Position numbers and translations under genes: made by a program
In this document: in pieces, positions 1 to 9,397 of the stretch
How positions within the stretch are numbered: the first letter of the stretch is position 1
Layout: each line of letters begins with the position of its first letter
NCBI GenBank assembly: GCA_052146775.1
Contig: JBKQMI010000146.1
Coordinates: 1,207 to 65,206 of the forward strand
Origin: Methylocella sp.
GTDB lineage: Bacteria > Pseudomonadota > Alphaproteobacteria > Rhizobiales > Beijerinckiaceae
Length of the DNA stretch: 64,000 bases
Direction of reading: 5' to 3'
The notes under the pieces: model-generated
What the model was told of the DNA's origin: nothing
Databases searched by the model: none
What the model saw: the letters and a program-made list of their open reading frames with translations, nothing else

Positions 1-945
1 ACCGTGCTCGGCCTTCCCGACGGCGCGCTGAAACTCGACGACAGCCAGGCCGCCGCCGCCGTCGGACAGATTGCGCTCGCCCGCATCTGGGCCGAGACGC
101 TGGCCCATCTCTCCATCACGGCGGGGCAGATTCTCGTCACTTTTGGCGACACAGAGCAGCGCCAGCGCTATCTCAACGCGCGCGCCACCATCGCCCGCCT
201 GCTCGATCTGCGCGCGGTCCCCGTCATCAATGAGAACGATACGGTTGCGACGCAGGAAATCCGCTATGGCGACAACGACCGCCTCGCCGCGCGCGTCGCC
301 ACCATGGCCAGCGCCGACCTGCTCATTGTGCTCTCCGACGTCGCGGGCCTCTACACCGCCCCGCCCGGCGAGGACCCGGGCGCCGCGCTCATCCCTCTTG
401 TCCCGCGCGTGACCGCCGAGATCGAGGCGATGGCGGGCGGCGCCGCCTCCTCGCACTCGCGCGGGGGCATGCGCACCAAGATCGAGGCGGCGAAGATCGC
501 GACGACCGGCGGCGCGCATATGCTGATCGCGGACGGGCGTGTCGCACATCCGATCGCCCGCCTCAATGAGGGCGCGCCCTGCACCTGGTTCCTGACCGGC
601 GCAACCCCCGTAACCGCGCGCAAAAAGTGGATCGCGGGCTCGCTAGAGCCGCGCGGGGCGCTACATCTTGACGCCGGCGCCGAACGCGCGATCCGCGCCG
701 GCGCGAGCCTGCTCCCGGCCGGCGTCAAGCGGGTCGAGGGCGATTTTTCACGCGGCGACTGCGTCCTGATGCGCAATCCCGCCGGCGCCGAAATCGGCCG
801 CGGGCTTGTGGCCTATGACGCGAGCGAAGCGACGTTGATCGCCGGCCGCAATTCGCAAGACATCGAAAGCCTTTTAGGCGAGCCCGGCCGCACAACCCTC
901 ATCCACCGCGACGACATGGTCATCGCGGGGGAGCGGGTGGGGTGA
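1..945 (+). CDS. proB: Glutamate 5-kinase with C-terminal PUA domain (5'-partial)
   Basis: Motifs AAVGQ, INENDTV, GDNDRL, GGMRTK; C-terminal PUA-like SLLPAGV..VEGDF.RGD..IGRGL..IHRDD; frame open to the window edge. Confidence 0.95.
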   Translation, partial: TVLGLPDGALKLDDSQAAAAVGQIALARIWAETLAHLSITAGQILVTFGDTEQRQRYLNARATIARLLDLRAVPVINENDTVATQEIRYGDNDRLAARVATMASADLLIVLSDVAGLYTAPPGEDPGAALIPLVPRVTAEIEAMAGGAASSHSRGGMRTKIEAAKIATTGGAHMLIADGRVAHPIARLNEGAPCTWFLTGATPVTARKKWIAGSLEPRGALHLDAGAERAIRAGASLLPAGVKRVEGDFSRGDCVLMRNPAGAEIGRGLVAYDASEATLIAGRNSQDIESLLGEPGRTTLIHRDDMVIAGERVG

Positions 946-984
946 GGTCGCTTTGACCTCCCCTGTTGAAACAGGGGAAAGAGA

Positions 985-1101
985 CTTGATCATATTCCGA
1001 TCAGATTGAATCAATCTGATCGACAAGAATATGCTCAAGCTTTTGAATCTGGAGCGATTTCTTGTCGACCGAAGGGTCCATTCGGTCGGAAAGCGCTCTT
1101 A
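985..1101. repeat. 117-bp palindromic MITE-like element, family A, copy 1 (degenerate ends CTTG...CTTA)
   Basis: Near-identical to 9281-9397 and 36595-36711; internal hairpin CGATCAGATTGA-A-TCAATCTGATCG and second hairpin CGACCGAA...TTCGGTCG. Confidence 0.93.
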
Positions 1102-1270
1102 CGACCCCGGATCGAGCGATGCCGCGACGATTTCCCGCTTCAATGCCTCCGGCCACAAGCGATTGCGCCGCCGACCCGTCGCAATCGTGTCCACAACTGA
1201 ACTCATGGACACTGTCCGTCCTCAGCAGAGGCAATTCCGCGCCCGAATTCACAACGCGGACGCCTTCCGA
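1099..1270 (-). mobile_element. IS66-like left-end remnant with truncated TnpA (HTH_Tnp_1) N-terminus
   Basis: Minus-strand ATG at 1206 reads MSSVVDTIATGRRRNRLWPEALKREIVAASLDPGS*, resembling RRRxWxxxxKxxIVAxSLxPG of IS66 TnpA; stops at the family A element; upstream GGAAGGCGTCCG resembles a decayed GTAAGCG IS66 end. Confidence 0.65.
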
Positions 1271-1283
1271 AGTGGGTCGCGGG

Positions 1284-1790
1284 TTATTGCATCAGCGCGA
1301 TAAGCCCTTTGAGCAGCGCGGTCGGGGTCGGCGGGCACCCTGGAATGTAAAGGTCGACCGGAAGGAGCGCGGAAACGCCGCCGGCGCAGGCGTAGCTGCC
1401 GGAAAACAGACCGCCATCGAGCGCGCAAACACCCGCCGCGACAACCCATTTTGGCGCGGGCGTCGCCGCATAGGTCCGCAGCAGCGCCTCGCTCATGTTT
1501 TTCGTCACAGGTCCGGTGACGAGGAGAACGTCGGCATGGCGCGGCGAGGCCACGAAGCGCAGGCCAAAGCGCTCGAGGTCGTAGAAGGCGTTTGCGAGCG
1601 CGTTGATCTCGAGTTCGCAGCCGTTGCACGACCCCGCGTCGATCTCGCGGATGGAAAGGCTGCGTCCGAGCCTGGCGCGGGCGGCGTGGTCGACCTGCGC
1701 GGCGAGGGCCGCGAGTTCGGCGTCGTCAGCGTCTGGCGCCGGCTCCGTGAGGGGGCCTTCGATAAGGCTCTTGAACAGTATCTTGCGCAT
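1284..1790 (-). CDS. hyfI: Group-4/Ehr small Fe-S subunit (HyfI/HycG/NuoB-like)
   Basis: GSCNGCELE, SPRHAD.LLVTG, G.C, IPGCPP; start reset to ATG of MRKILF. Confidence 0.88.
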   Translation of the reverse strand: MRKILFKSLIEGPLTEPAPDADDAELAALAAQVDHAARARLGRSLSIREIDAGSCNGCELEINALANAFYDLERFGLRFVASPRHADVLLVTGPVTKNMSEALLRTYAATPAPKWVVAAGVCALDGGLFSGSYACAGGVSALLPVDLYIPGCPPTPTALLKGLIALMQ

Positions 1791-1801
1791 GAGCGTGAGG
1801 C

Positions 1802-3325
1802 CTAAAGGTCCTGCCCGGAGTAGGAGCAATTGAAGGATTTGTTGCAGACCGGAAAATCGGCGACGATGTTGCCCTCGATGGCCGCTTCCAGCACGGGCCA
1901 CTGAAACCAGGATGGATCACGCAAATGGCAGCGCTCGACGCGCGCCTCCGCGTCGATCCGGACCGCAGCCAGGATGTCGCCGCGAAAACCTTCGACGAGC
2001 GCAATTCCCTCGCCCCGCCGGCCAGCCGTCACGGGCGCGCGCAGTGGCCCGTCCGCGGGTAAACGGTCGAGGATTTGCTCGATCAGCGCCAGACTCTGTT
2101 CAACTTCGCAGATGCGGATCCAAATCCTTGCATTGACGTCGCCATCGTCCCGCACGGGAACGGCGAAGCGCAAGACGTCGTAGGGCGGATAGGGGAGATC
2201 GCGTCTCGCATCGAAATCCCGGCCCGAGGCGCGGCCGACAAAGCCGCCGCAGCCGTATTGGCGCGCGAGCGCCGGATGAAGAAAGCCGGCGCCCACAGTC
2301 CGGTCCTGAAGCGAAGCGGTGTCGTCGTAAAGCTCGACGAGCGCTGGAAAAGAGCGGCCTGCGGCGCCGAGCAATTCGCGGATCAGCGCCGCCCCGTTTG
2401 CGGGAAGATCGACCCCAACGCCGCCCGGGACGACGCAGTCCATCATCAGCCGGTGGCCGAAACACGCCGCCGCCGCGCGCAATACGCGCTCGCGCAGAAC
2501 GCCGCAATGTGCGTGCATCAGCGCGAAGGCGACGTCATTGCAAATCGCGCCGATATCGCCGAAGTGGTTGGCGAGGCGTTCGAGTTCCGCCATGAGCGCG
2601 CGCAGCCAGATCGCGCGGGGAGGAACGTCGATTTCGAGCGCCGCCTCGACCGCGCGGGAGAAAGCCAGCGCATAGGCGACCGTGCTATCGCCCGACGTCC
2701 GCCCCGCGAGGTGCGCGGCTCGTTCAATCGACGCGCCCGCCATCAAGCCCTCGACGCCTTTATGCGCATAGCCGAGGCGTTCCTCGAGCCGCACGATGGC
2801 CTCGCCATTGGCGGTAAAGCGGAAGTGGCCCGGCTCGATAATTCCAGCATGAACGGGACCGACCGGAATTTGATGCAGGCTTGCCCCCTCCGCGGTCAGA
2901 AACGGATAGGCCTCGGGTGCGCTGGCGGGCGCGGGACAGGCCGCCAAGGGATGGCGCACGCCCCAGCGGCCGTGGTCGAGCCAGGGGCGCGGATCGGGAA
3001 GTCCCCTTGGCTCGACGCCGTAGAGATCGCGTATCGTCCGCTCAAGGCGAATGGCCGGCGGATGAACGAGGCCGACGGATGGAAAGTGGCCCGTCGGGCA
3101 CGGACGCGTGACGACAGCGAGCTGGCTCGCGGCTTTGTCGAGGAGGGCCATGTGGACAGCGTCTTTGTCGCCCCAAAGCCCGCACAGCGTCCAATGGCCC
3201 GCGACGACCTGCTCCACGAGCGAGCGCCAGAGATCGGAACCCGCCCCATGGCGCGGCCATGGTCGATGGTCGCTGATGGCGACGCTATGGGCGAACGCCT
3301 CGACGAGGGTCGGCATCTGCTGCAT
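1802..3325 (-). CDS. Hydrogenase-related large subunit (HyfG/HycE-like NuoCD fusion) lacking Ni-Fe ligands (Ehr large subunit)
   Basis: GPVHAGIIEPGHFRF, LGYAHKG, ELERLANH, EGFRG, RDPSW; L1 reads RTSGDS and the C-terminus DFPVCNKSFNCSYSGQDL instead of RxCxxC/DPCxxC. Confidence 0.88.
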   Translation of the reverse strand: MQQMPTLVEAFAHSVAISDHRPWPRHGAGSDLWRSLVEQVVAGHWTLCGLWGDKDAVHMALLDKAASQLAVVTRPCPTGHFPSVGLVHPPAIRLERTIRDLYGVEPRGLPDPRPWLDHGRWGVRHPLAACPAPASAPEAYPFLTAEGASLHQIPVGPVHAGIIEPGHFRFTANGEAIVRLEERLGYAHKGVEGLMAGASIERAAHLAGRTSGDSTVAYALAFSRAVEAALEIDVPPRAIWLRALMAELERLANHFGDIGAICNDVAFALMHAHCGVLRERVLRAAAACFGHRLMMDCVVPGGVGVDLPANGAALIRELLGAAGRSFPALVELYDDTASLQDRTVGAGFLHPALARQYGCGGFVGRASGRDFDARRDLPYPPYDVLRFAVPVRDDGDVNARIWIRICEVEQSLALIEQILDRLPADGPLRAPVTAGRRGEGIALVEGFRGDILAAVRIDAEARVERCHLRDPSWFQWPVLEAAIEGNIVADFPVCNKSFNCSYSGQDL

Positions 3326-3328
3326 CTC

Positions 3329-4777
3329 CTATCCGAGTATGCCGGCGACGTGCTGAAACCAGGCGACGAGCGGCCCTGGCAAATAGACCCCCGCCGCCAG
3401 GACAAGGGCGAAGTGCGCGATCATCGGCAGATAAGACGCTTGCTCGGGGACGCCGGGACCCGCCGGTTCGCCGAACGCCAGTCGCTGGAGATGCAGGAAC
3501 AAGGCGCCGAACGCGACGAGGAGGCCGCCGACCAGCGCAATGGCGAGCAGCGGCTGCCGGGCGAAAGTGGAGGTCACAAGCAGGAATTCGCTCATGAAAA
3601 CGCCGAAGGGCGGCATGCCTGCGATGGCGACGACGCCAATGACGAGGCTCCAGCCGAGTTGGGGATGCGAGGTGGTGAGGCCGCGAATCTCGGCGATCCT
3701 TTGCGTGCCGGTGACCTGAGCGATATGGCCGACGGCGAAGAAGATCGCCGACTTGGTGAGGCTGTGCATCGTCATGTGGAGCAGGCCGGCGAAATTGGCG
3801 AGCGGTCCGCCCATGCCGAAAGCGAAGACGATGATGCCCATGTGCTCAATCGACGAATAGGCGAACATGCGTTTGACGTCGCGGCGCCGGTACAGCATGA
3901 ACCCGGCGAACGCCAGCGAGACGAGGCCGAGCGTCGCCATCAGCGGTCCGGGCGCGATGGCGCCGGGGTTGGCCGCCAGCAGCAGCTTGAAGCGCAGCAC
4001 CGCATAGAGGGCGACATTGAGCAACAGACCGGACAGCACGGCCGAGATCGGCGTCGGCCCTTCGGCATGGGCGTCCGGCAGCCATGCGTGCAGAGGAACC
4101 AGTCCGACCTTGGTGCCGTAGCCGAGCATCAGAAAGATGAAGGCGACGTTCAGCAACGCGGGATCGAAAGCCGGGACCCGCGCGATCAGCACCGTCCAGA
4201 CCATTCCGTCGAGGCCTTCGCCGACCGCCGGACGGGCGGCCATGTAGACGAGGATGGTGCCAAACAGCGCCAGCGCAATGCCGACGCTGCCGAGAATGAA
4301 ATATTTCCAGGCGGCCTCGATCGCCTCGGACGTGCGATAGATGCCGACCATGAGCACGGTGGTCAGGGTCGCCATCTCGATCGCCACCCACATCACGCCG
4401 ATGTTGTTCGTCACCAGCGCGAGATTCATGGAGAACAGCAGCGCCTGATACATGGCGTGATAGAAACGCATGTGATGCGCGCTGAGCCGGCCAGTCTCGA
4501 GCTCATGGCCGATGTAGCTGGCGCTGAAGACGCTCGTGGTGAAGCCGACGAATGTATTGAGGACGATAAAGACGATGTTGAGGTCGTCGACCAGGATGTA
4601 GTGGCTTGGCGCCGGCTTGTCGACGAAAAGCGACAGCGCGGTGAGAAAGGTCAGGAAGGAGGCTAGCATGTTGATGCGAGCCGAAAGCCGGTAGCCAGGA
4701 AGCACGCCAAGCACCACGGCGCTGACCGCCGGAATCGCGAGGATAATGGTCACGCCATTGAGCGAAGGCCCTGTCAT
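3329..4777 (-). CDS. hyfF: Antiporter-like membrane subunit HyfF
   Basis: Polytopic; EAAWKYFIL, GTKVGLVPLHAWLPDAHAEGP, KRMFAYSSIEHMG. Confidence 0.88.
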   Translation of the reverse strand: MTGPSLNGVTIILAIPAVSAVVLGVLPGYRLSARINMLASFLTFLTALSLFVDKPAPSHYILVDDLNIVFIVLNTFVGFTTSVFSASYIGHELETGRLSAHHMRFYHAMYQALLFSMNLALVTNNIGVMWVAIEMATLTTVLMVGIYRTSEAIEAAWKYFILGSVGIALALFGTILVYMAARPAVGEGLDGMVWTVLIARVPAFDPALLNVAFIFLMLGYGTKVGLVPLHAWLPDAHAEGPTPISAVLSGLLLNVALYAVLRFKLLLAANPGAIAPGPLMATLGLVSLAFAGFMLYRRRDVKRMFAYSSIEHMGIIVFAFGMGGPLANFAGLLHMTMHSLTKSAIFFAVGHIAQVTGTQRIAEIRGLTTSHPQLGWSLVIGVVAIAGMPPFGVFMSEFLLVTSTFARQPLLAIALVGGLLVAFGALFLHLQRLAFGEPAGPGVPEQASYLPMIAHFALVLAAGVYLPGPLVAWFQHVAGILG

Positions 4778-5436
4778 CGCCGCCCCTCGCGCAAGCGATC
4801 GAGCGCTTCCGCGTCGACGGTGTCGAAGCGTTCGCGGATGCGAAACAGAAGCGTGCCGATGACGATGAAGGCGATGAGGACCGAAAAGGCGACGCTGATC
4901 TCGACCACCAGCGGCATGCCCTTGGCCCCGGTCGCGGCCAGGATCAGGCCGTTTTCGAGCGACATGAAGCCGACGATCTGGCTCACCGCGTTATTGCGCG
5001 TCACCATCATCAGAAGACCAAGCAAGATCACCGAAAGGGCGAAAGCCAGATCCTCGCGCGCCAGCGGGAAGGCTTCGGCGGTGACCCGCAGCATGACGAC
5101 CATGGACAAGGCGACAAGCCCCATGCCGGCGAGCATGGTGGGGCCAATGGTGACGACGTTTTCGACCTCGCGGTGAATGCCGAGACGAATGATGATCCGG
5201 TGCAGCGCCACGGGGATGACGATCGCCTTGAAGACGAGCGCGATCGCGGCTGTGACGAAGAGATGCGGCGCATTCTGGACGTAGGCCTGCCATGATACCG
5301 AGAGGGCGAGAACGACGGCTTGCAGCGTAAACACGTTAAGAAGCGCAAAAAGGCGATCCTGATAGAGCAGCATGAAGCTCATCAGCACCAAGCCGCCGGC
5401 GAGAAGGTGCGCGAGGTCGAATTCGATATGGCCCAT
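4774..5436 (-). CDS. hyfE: Membrane subunit HyfE
   Basis: Hydrophobic; GFMSLENG..L, GMPLVVE motif; start reset to MGHIEF; overlaps hyfF start. Confidence 0.85.
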   Translation of the reverse strand: MGHIEFDLAHLLAGGLVLMSFMLLYQDRLFALLNVFTLQAVVLALSVSWQAYVQNAPHLFVTAAIALVFKAIVIPVALHRIIIRLGIHREVENVVTIGPTMLAGMGLVALSMVVMLRVTAEAFPLAREDLAFALSVILLGLLMMVTRNNAVSQIVGFMSLENGLILAATGAKGMPLVVEISVAFSVLIAFIVIGTLLFRIRERFDTVDAEALDRLREGRR

Positions 5437-5438
5437 CC

Positions 5439-6395
5439 TTAAAGACTCCGCGACACGAAAAGAAGAAGCGTTCCGAGGAGGCCCAGCATCAGGGCCGCGC
5501 CGAGGAAGTTGGAGACCCGGAAGACGCGCATTTTCGCGACTATCGTCTCGAACAGAGCGAGCAGGACGCCGCCAGCCGCAAGCTTGCCGACGTAGGCGGC
5601 GACGCCGATCAACTGGGCGCCGGCGTCCGCGCGCGGCGGCGCCTGGCCCCACGGAAGGAACATGCAGATGATGAGTGACATATAGAGAACGAGCTTCAGC
5701 GACGCCGCGAGCTCAATGACGGCGAGGTGGCGTCCCGAAAATTCGAGCAGCATCGCCACGTGCACCATGGTGAGATCAAGAAGCGTCGCCGGATTATCGA
5801 TCGGGATGCGCCCGTTTTCGGCGATCGCGACCATCACCAGCGCGACGAGCGCGAGGCCGAGCGATACGCGCAGGCCAACCGCCGGCGACAACATGAAGCC
5901 GGCGACCACCGAGAGCTGCGTCGAGCCGGCGAGGAGCGCCAAGGTGAACACGATCATGATGGTGGCGGGCTCGGCGAGGCTCGCGATCATCATCTCGCGA
6001 CTCGAACCGATGCCGCCGAAGCTCGTCCCCGCGTCCATCCCCGCGAGCGCGAGAAAGAAACGCGCGCTGCCGAGCAGGGCCGTGACCACGATAAGGTCGG
6101 CGGACCAGTTGAACATGAGGCCCGCGGCGAAAGTCGGGACCAGCGAGGCCGCGACCCAGGTCGTCGCGAAAATCAGATAAGGGATCGTCCGGAACAGCCA
6201 GGAGGCGTTTTCGGCGAGGACTGTCTCTTTGCGCGAAAGCCGCAGCAGATCGCGATAGGGCTGCAGCAGGCGAGGCCCGCGGCGGCGCAGAAGGCGGGCC
6301 TTCACTTTGCGCACGAAGCCTGTGAGCAGCGGCGCCAGCGAAAGCACCAGCAGCATCTGCGCGTTCTGGATGGCGAAGTCGATGATCACGGCCAT
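5439..6395 (-). CDS. hyfC: Membrane subunit HyfC/HycD (NuoH-like)
   Basis: RKVKARL..R.GP.LLQPY.DL..L..KE, GSSRE..IASLAEP, RIPIDNPAT, E...AKMRVF. Confidence 0.88.
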   Translation of the reverse strand: MAVIIDFAIQNAQMLLVLSLAPLLTGFVRKVKARLLRRRGPRLLQPYRDLLRLSRKETVLAENASWLFRTIPYLIFATTWVAASLVPTFAAGLMFNWSADLIVVTALLGSARFFLALAGMDAGTSFGGIGSSREMMIASLAEPATIMIVFTLALLAGSTQLSVVAGFMLSPAVGLRVSLGLALVALVMVAIAENGRIPIDNPATLLDLTMVHVAMLLEFSGRHLAVIELAASLKLVLYMSLIICMFLPWGQAPPRADAGAQLIGVAAYVGKLAAGGVLLALFETIVAKMRVFRVSNFLGAALMLGLLGTLLLFVSRSL

Positions 6396-8395
6396 ACGGC
6401 GAGCGCCAGAAGGAGAAACACGAGGGCGAAAAAGACGAGGCTGAGATAGACCCGGATGGTGAGGAATTGCAGCGCGTTCAGGCGTTCCGCAATCCAGGAG
6501 ACCCCGTGGGCGATCGGCGTGTAGATGAGTTCCCAGGCGAGATCATGCAGCACCACTTTGAAATGCGCGGAGCGCATGTCCCCGGGCGCCGGCATGTCGA
6601 TGTGCTCGCTCGCCCGAAAAACGAAGGAGCCGAAGACTCGCCGGATCGGCTGCGCGAAGCTTCCTGCCGAATATTGCGTCGACGGGCTCGCGTCGGGATA
6701 ACCGCAATCCCAGGCGGGGGCTCGGCGCAGGGCCTTCGAGGCGAAGCGATGGATGATGTAGGCCGCGAGCAAAGCGGACGCCGCGATGAAGACGAACACG
6801 AGAAGGCCGTTATAGGAGCTCCGGCTTTGCGCGATCGGCACGATCGAAAGCCATTGCAAGCTCGCCTGCGCGGGCATCCGCGCGCCTGTGAACGCGGCGA
6901 CGACGGATCCGACGCCATCGATCACAAATCCCGGCAGAAGGCCGGCGAGAACGCACATAGCTGTAAGCGCGGCCATTGCGCCGAGCGACCAGCGATCGAC
7001 CTCAAAGGCGCCTTGCGCGGCTTTCGAACGCGCCCGCCCAAGGAAGACGATGCCGAAAACGCGAACGAAGCACGCCGCCGCGAGCGCCGCCGCCAAGGCG
7101 AGCAATGCGCCGACCGCCGGGACGAGAAGCTTCAACCCCCATTGCTGAAGCTGCGGGCTCAGCAAAATCGCCTGAAACAAGAGCCATTCGGAGGCGAAAC
7201 CGTTCAACGGCGGCAGCGCCGAAGCGGCGGCGCAGGCGATGAGGAACAGGAAGCTCGTCCGCGGCATTTTGTGGATCAGGCCGCCGAGGCGATCCATCTG
7301 ACGTTCGCCGGTCGCAGTCAGCACGGCGCCGGCGCCGAAAAACAATACGCTCTTGAACAAGGCATGGTTGAAGATGTGGAACAGCGCGGCCGTCAGCGCC
7401 AGGGCGGCGGCGGCGTCAAAGCCGTTCGCCTTGAAAGCGAGGCTGAGGCCGAGAGCGACGAAAATGAGGCCAACATTCTCGATCGTGCTGTAGGCGAGGA
7501 TGCGCTTCAGATCATTTTGCATGAGCGCGTAGAGCACGCCCAGCACGGCCGTACCGCCGCCGATGGCGAGGACCGGGAGGCCCCACCACCACGCGGGAGC
7601 CCCAAGGAGATCGAACACGATGCGAGCAAAACCATAGATGGCGACCTTGGTCATGACGCCGCTCATCAGCGCGGAGACATGGCTCGGAGCCGCCGGATGG
7701 GCGAGCGGAAGCCAGACGTGCAATGGCGCGAGCCCGGCCTTGGATCCGGCGCCCAGCAGAACAAGGCCGAGGACGAGGGCCGAGCGCAGATCGGTCGCGC
7801 CATGCGCGCGGATCTCGGTGAAGGCGTAGCCTCCTTCGGGGCCGGCGAGCAGGCCAAACGCAAGAAACAGCGCCAGCGTGCCGAAACTCGCCATAACGAT
7901 GTAGACATAGCCCGCGCGCGCGTTGTCCCCTTCGCGGGAATGCGACATCACGAGCGCCCAGGATGCAAGAGACATGAGCTCCCAAGCCAGCAGAAAGCTG
8001 TAGGCGTCGGCGGCGAGGACGACAAGGTTCATGCCGGCGAGAAACGCTGGGAAAAACGGCAGCACGCGCTGAGGTTCGCTCTCATGTCGGCCGTAGCCGA
8101 TTCCGTAGAGGGAGGCGCCCGCTCCGCCAAGGTTGACGACGGCGAGGAAGAAGGCGGCCAGCGCGTCGATGCGAAAATGCGCGCCTATCCAGGGAATTCC
8201 GAGCGGCAGGACGATTTCCGAGGCGGGCGCTCCACCGATCAGGTGGATCAGCGCGCCGACAAGCGCAACCAGCGACGCGGCGAGGCATGCCCCATAGACC
8301 GCCGCCGTGGCGTCTTTCGACCGGCCCGCCAGGATGGCGAGGACGGCGACAGCCAACAGCGCGGCAACGCAAAAGAGCCCAACGACGGGTGTCAC
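6386..8395 (-). CDS. hyfB: Antiporter-like membrane subunit HyfB (NuoL-like)
   Basis: WELMSL, KAGLAPLHVWLPLAHPAAPSHVSALMSGVMTK, KRILAYSTIENVG, LPPLNGFASEW; probable GTG start at 8395. Confidence 0.88.
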   Translation of the reverse strand: MTPVVGLFCVAALLAVAVLAILAGRSKDATAAVYGACLAASLVALVGALIHLIGGAPASEIVLPLGIPWIGAHFRIDALAAFFLAVVNLGGAGASLYGIGYGRHESEPQRVLPFFPAFLAGMNLVVLAADAYSFLLAWELMSLASWALVMSHSREGDNARAGYVYIVMASFGTLALFLAFGLLAGPEGGYAFTEIRAHGATDLRSALVLGLVLLGAGSKAGLAPLHVWLPLAHPAAPSHVSALMSGVMTKVAIYGFARIVFDLLGAPAWWWGLPVLAIGGGTAVLGVLYALMQNDLKRILAYSTIENVGLIFVALGLSLAFKANGFDAAAALALTAALFHIFNHALFKSVLFFGAGAVLTATGERQMDRLGGLIHKMPRTSFLFLIACAAASALPPLNGFASEWLLFQAILLSPQLQQWGLKLLVPAVGALLALAAALAAACFVRVFGIVFLGRARSKAAQGAFEVDRWSLGAMAALTAMCVLAGLLPGFVIDGVGSVVAAFTGARMPAQASLQWLSIVPIAQSRSSYNGLLVFVFIAASALLAAYIIHRFASKALRRAPAWDCGYPDASPSTQYSAGSFAQPIRRVFGSFVFRASEHIDMPAPGDMRSAHFKVVLHDLAWELIYTPIAHGVSWIAERLNALQFLTIRVYLSLVFFALVFLLLALAVWP

Positions 8396-8399
8396 GGCT

Positions 8400-8729
8400 C
8401 TACCTTTCCCGCGCGCGGGAGGCGGCCATTTGCTGCGGCCCAAGTGGAGAAGTTTGCGTATCCGGCGAGGCGTCCTCCCGGGCGGGCGTTTTGAGGCGCA
8501 CGCCGCGGCCGCCGCCCTGGCTGGGGGCGCCTTCTTCGATCAACTCGATGCCTGCTTGATCCATGGCGCCGATCAATTTCATGAGAGATTCCACATTGCC
8601 CCGAATGACCCCCTCGCTCGCCTCCATCCGCTGGATCGTTGGAACGGAAAGGTCCGACAGCTCGGCCAAGCGGCGCTGGTCGACCCCGAGAAGGGCGCGG
8701 GCGGCGCGCAATTGTGCCGCTGTGAGCAT
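8400..8729 (-). CDS. XRE-family HTH transcriptional regulator heading the Ehr operon
   Basis: MLTAAQLRAARALLG..Q..LAE.S.LS..TIQRME; C-terminal GG.GVRL; stop 4 nt upstream of the hyfB start. Confidence 0.85.
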   Translation of the reverse strand: MLTAAQLRAARALLGVDQRRLAELSDLSVPTIQRMEASEGVIRGNVESLMKLIGAMDQAGIELIEEGAPSQGGGRGVRLKTPAREDASPDTQTSPLGPQQMAASRARER

Positions 8730-8955
8730 GAATTTGTCCTTCGTAGCGCGATCGGCCTCGTCATTCACGATTACCATAATGGAGTTATCATATTTAAAAC
8801 ATGCCTTCCAATGTTTCAAATATCAAATTCCGCCGATCGAGTTGATCTACGCTATGGCGAACAATCGATTGGGTCCGAGCGCCGCAGTCGAGAAGCGGGG
8901 ATCGCGTCGGCGTAACGGGGTGAGGCCGCCGGGTCGCGGAATCCGTCAACGCATT

Positions 8956-9195
8956 TCAGCTTAGGCCCTCCGGCTCGAATTCGGCCAGAAAGGCGAGCGT
9001 CGTCAGAGCCTCGGCCTCGTCGATCACGGTGACCGCGAAGCCGGCATGGACGAGCACATAATCGCCCGGTTTCGCCTCCGAGACAAAGACCAGGTTCACC
9101 TGCTCGACGAGACCGGCGAAGCTGACCCCACCCTGCCGGGTGAGCGGATCATCGCCTTCGACGCTCAAGAGCAGTCGAGGAACGGCGCGGCACAT
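8956..9195 (-). CDS. hypC: HypC/HupF-family chaperone linked to the group 3b operon
   Basis: N-terminal MC..VP; GDYVLVHAGFA..VIDE.EA..TL; GAGGAG RBS. Confidence 0.82.
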   Translation of the reverse strand: MCRAVPRLLLSVEGDDPLTRQGGVSFAGLVEQVNLVFVSEAKPGDYVLVHAGFAVTVIDEAEALTTLAFLAEFEPEGLS

Positions 9196-9280
9196 CGCAT
9201 CTTCTCCTCGATCAGCGGCCGGCCGGCGAAAGTGCGGCCGGGTCGTTCACGCGTGGGACATGACCTCCATTGAACGTCGC

Positions 9281-9397
9281 CTAGAGCATATTCCGATCAG
9301 ATTGATTCAATCTGATCGACAAGAATATGCTCAAGCTTTTGAATCTGGAGCGATTTCTTGTCGACCGAAGGGTCCATTCGGCCGGAAAGCGCTCTAA
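9281..9397. repeat. 117-bp palindromic MITE-like element, family A, copy 2, inside the 3' end of the protease gene
   Basis: CTAG...CTAA ends, near-identical to copies 1 and 3. Confidence 0.95.

Noticed and set aside
1001-1303. Short ORFs over the repeats (1001-1252, 1031-1303, 9327-9581, 36611-36802)
   Set aside because: Open frames internal to the element, recurring at each copy; not independent genes
2075-4666. 863-aa plus-strand ORF (likewise 6467-8494, 20509-22254, 27268-29133, 32202-34343, 41178-42836)
   Set aside because: Antisense shadows of well-supported minus-strand genes in high-GC DNA; no motifs
5735-5785. Diversity-generating retroelement as cause of the adenine changes
   Set aside because: No reverse transcriptase or template repeat in the window; changes are all A-to-T rather than A-to-N
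1284-8395. Formate hydrogenlyase / true hydrogenase-4
   Set aside because: Large subunit lacks Ni-Fe cysteine motifs; no FDH or HyfA/HyfH in the window
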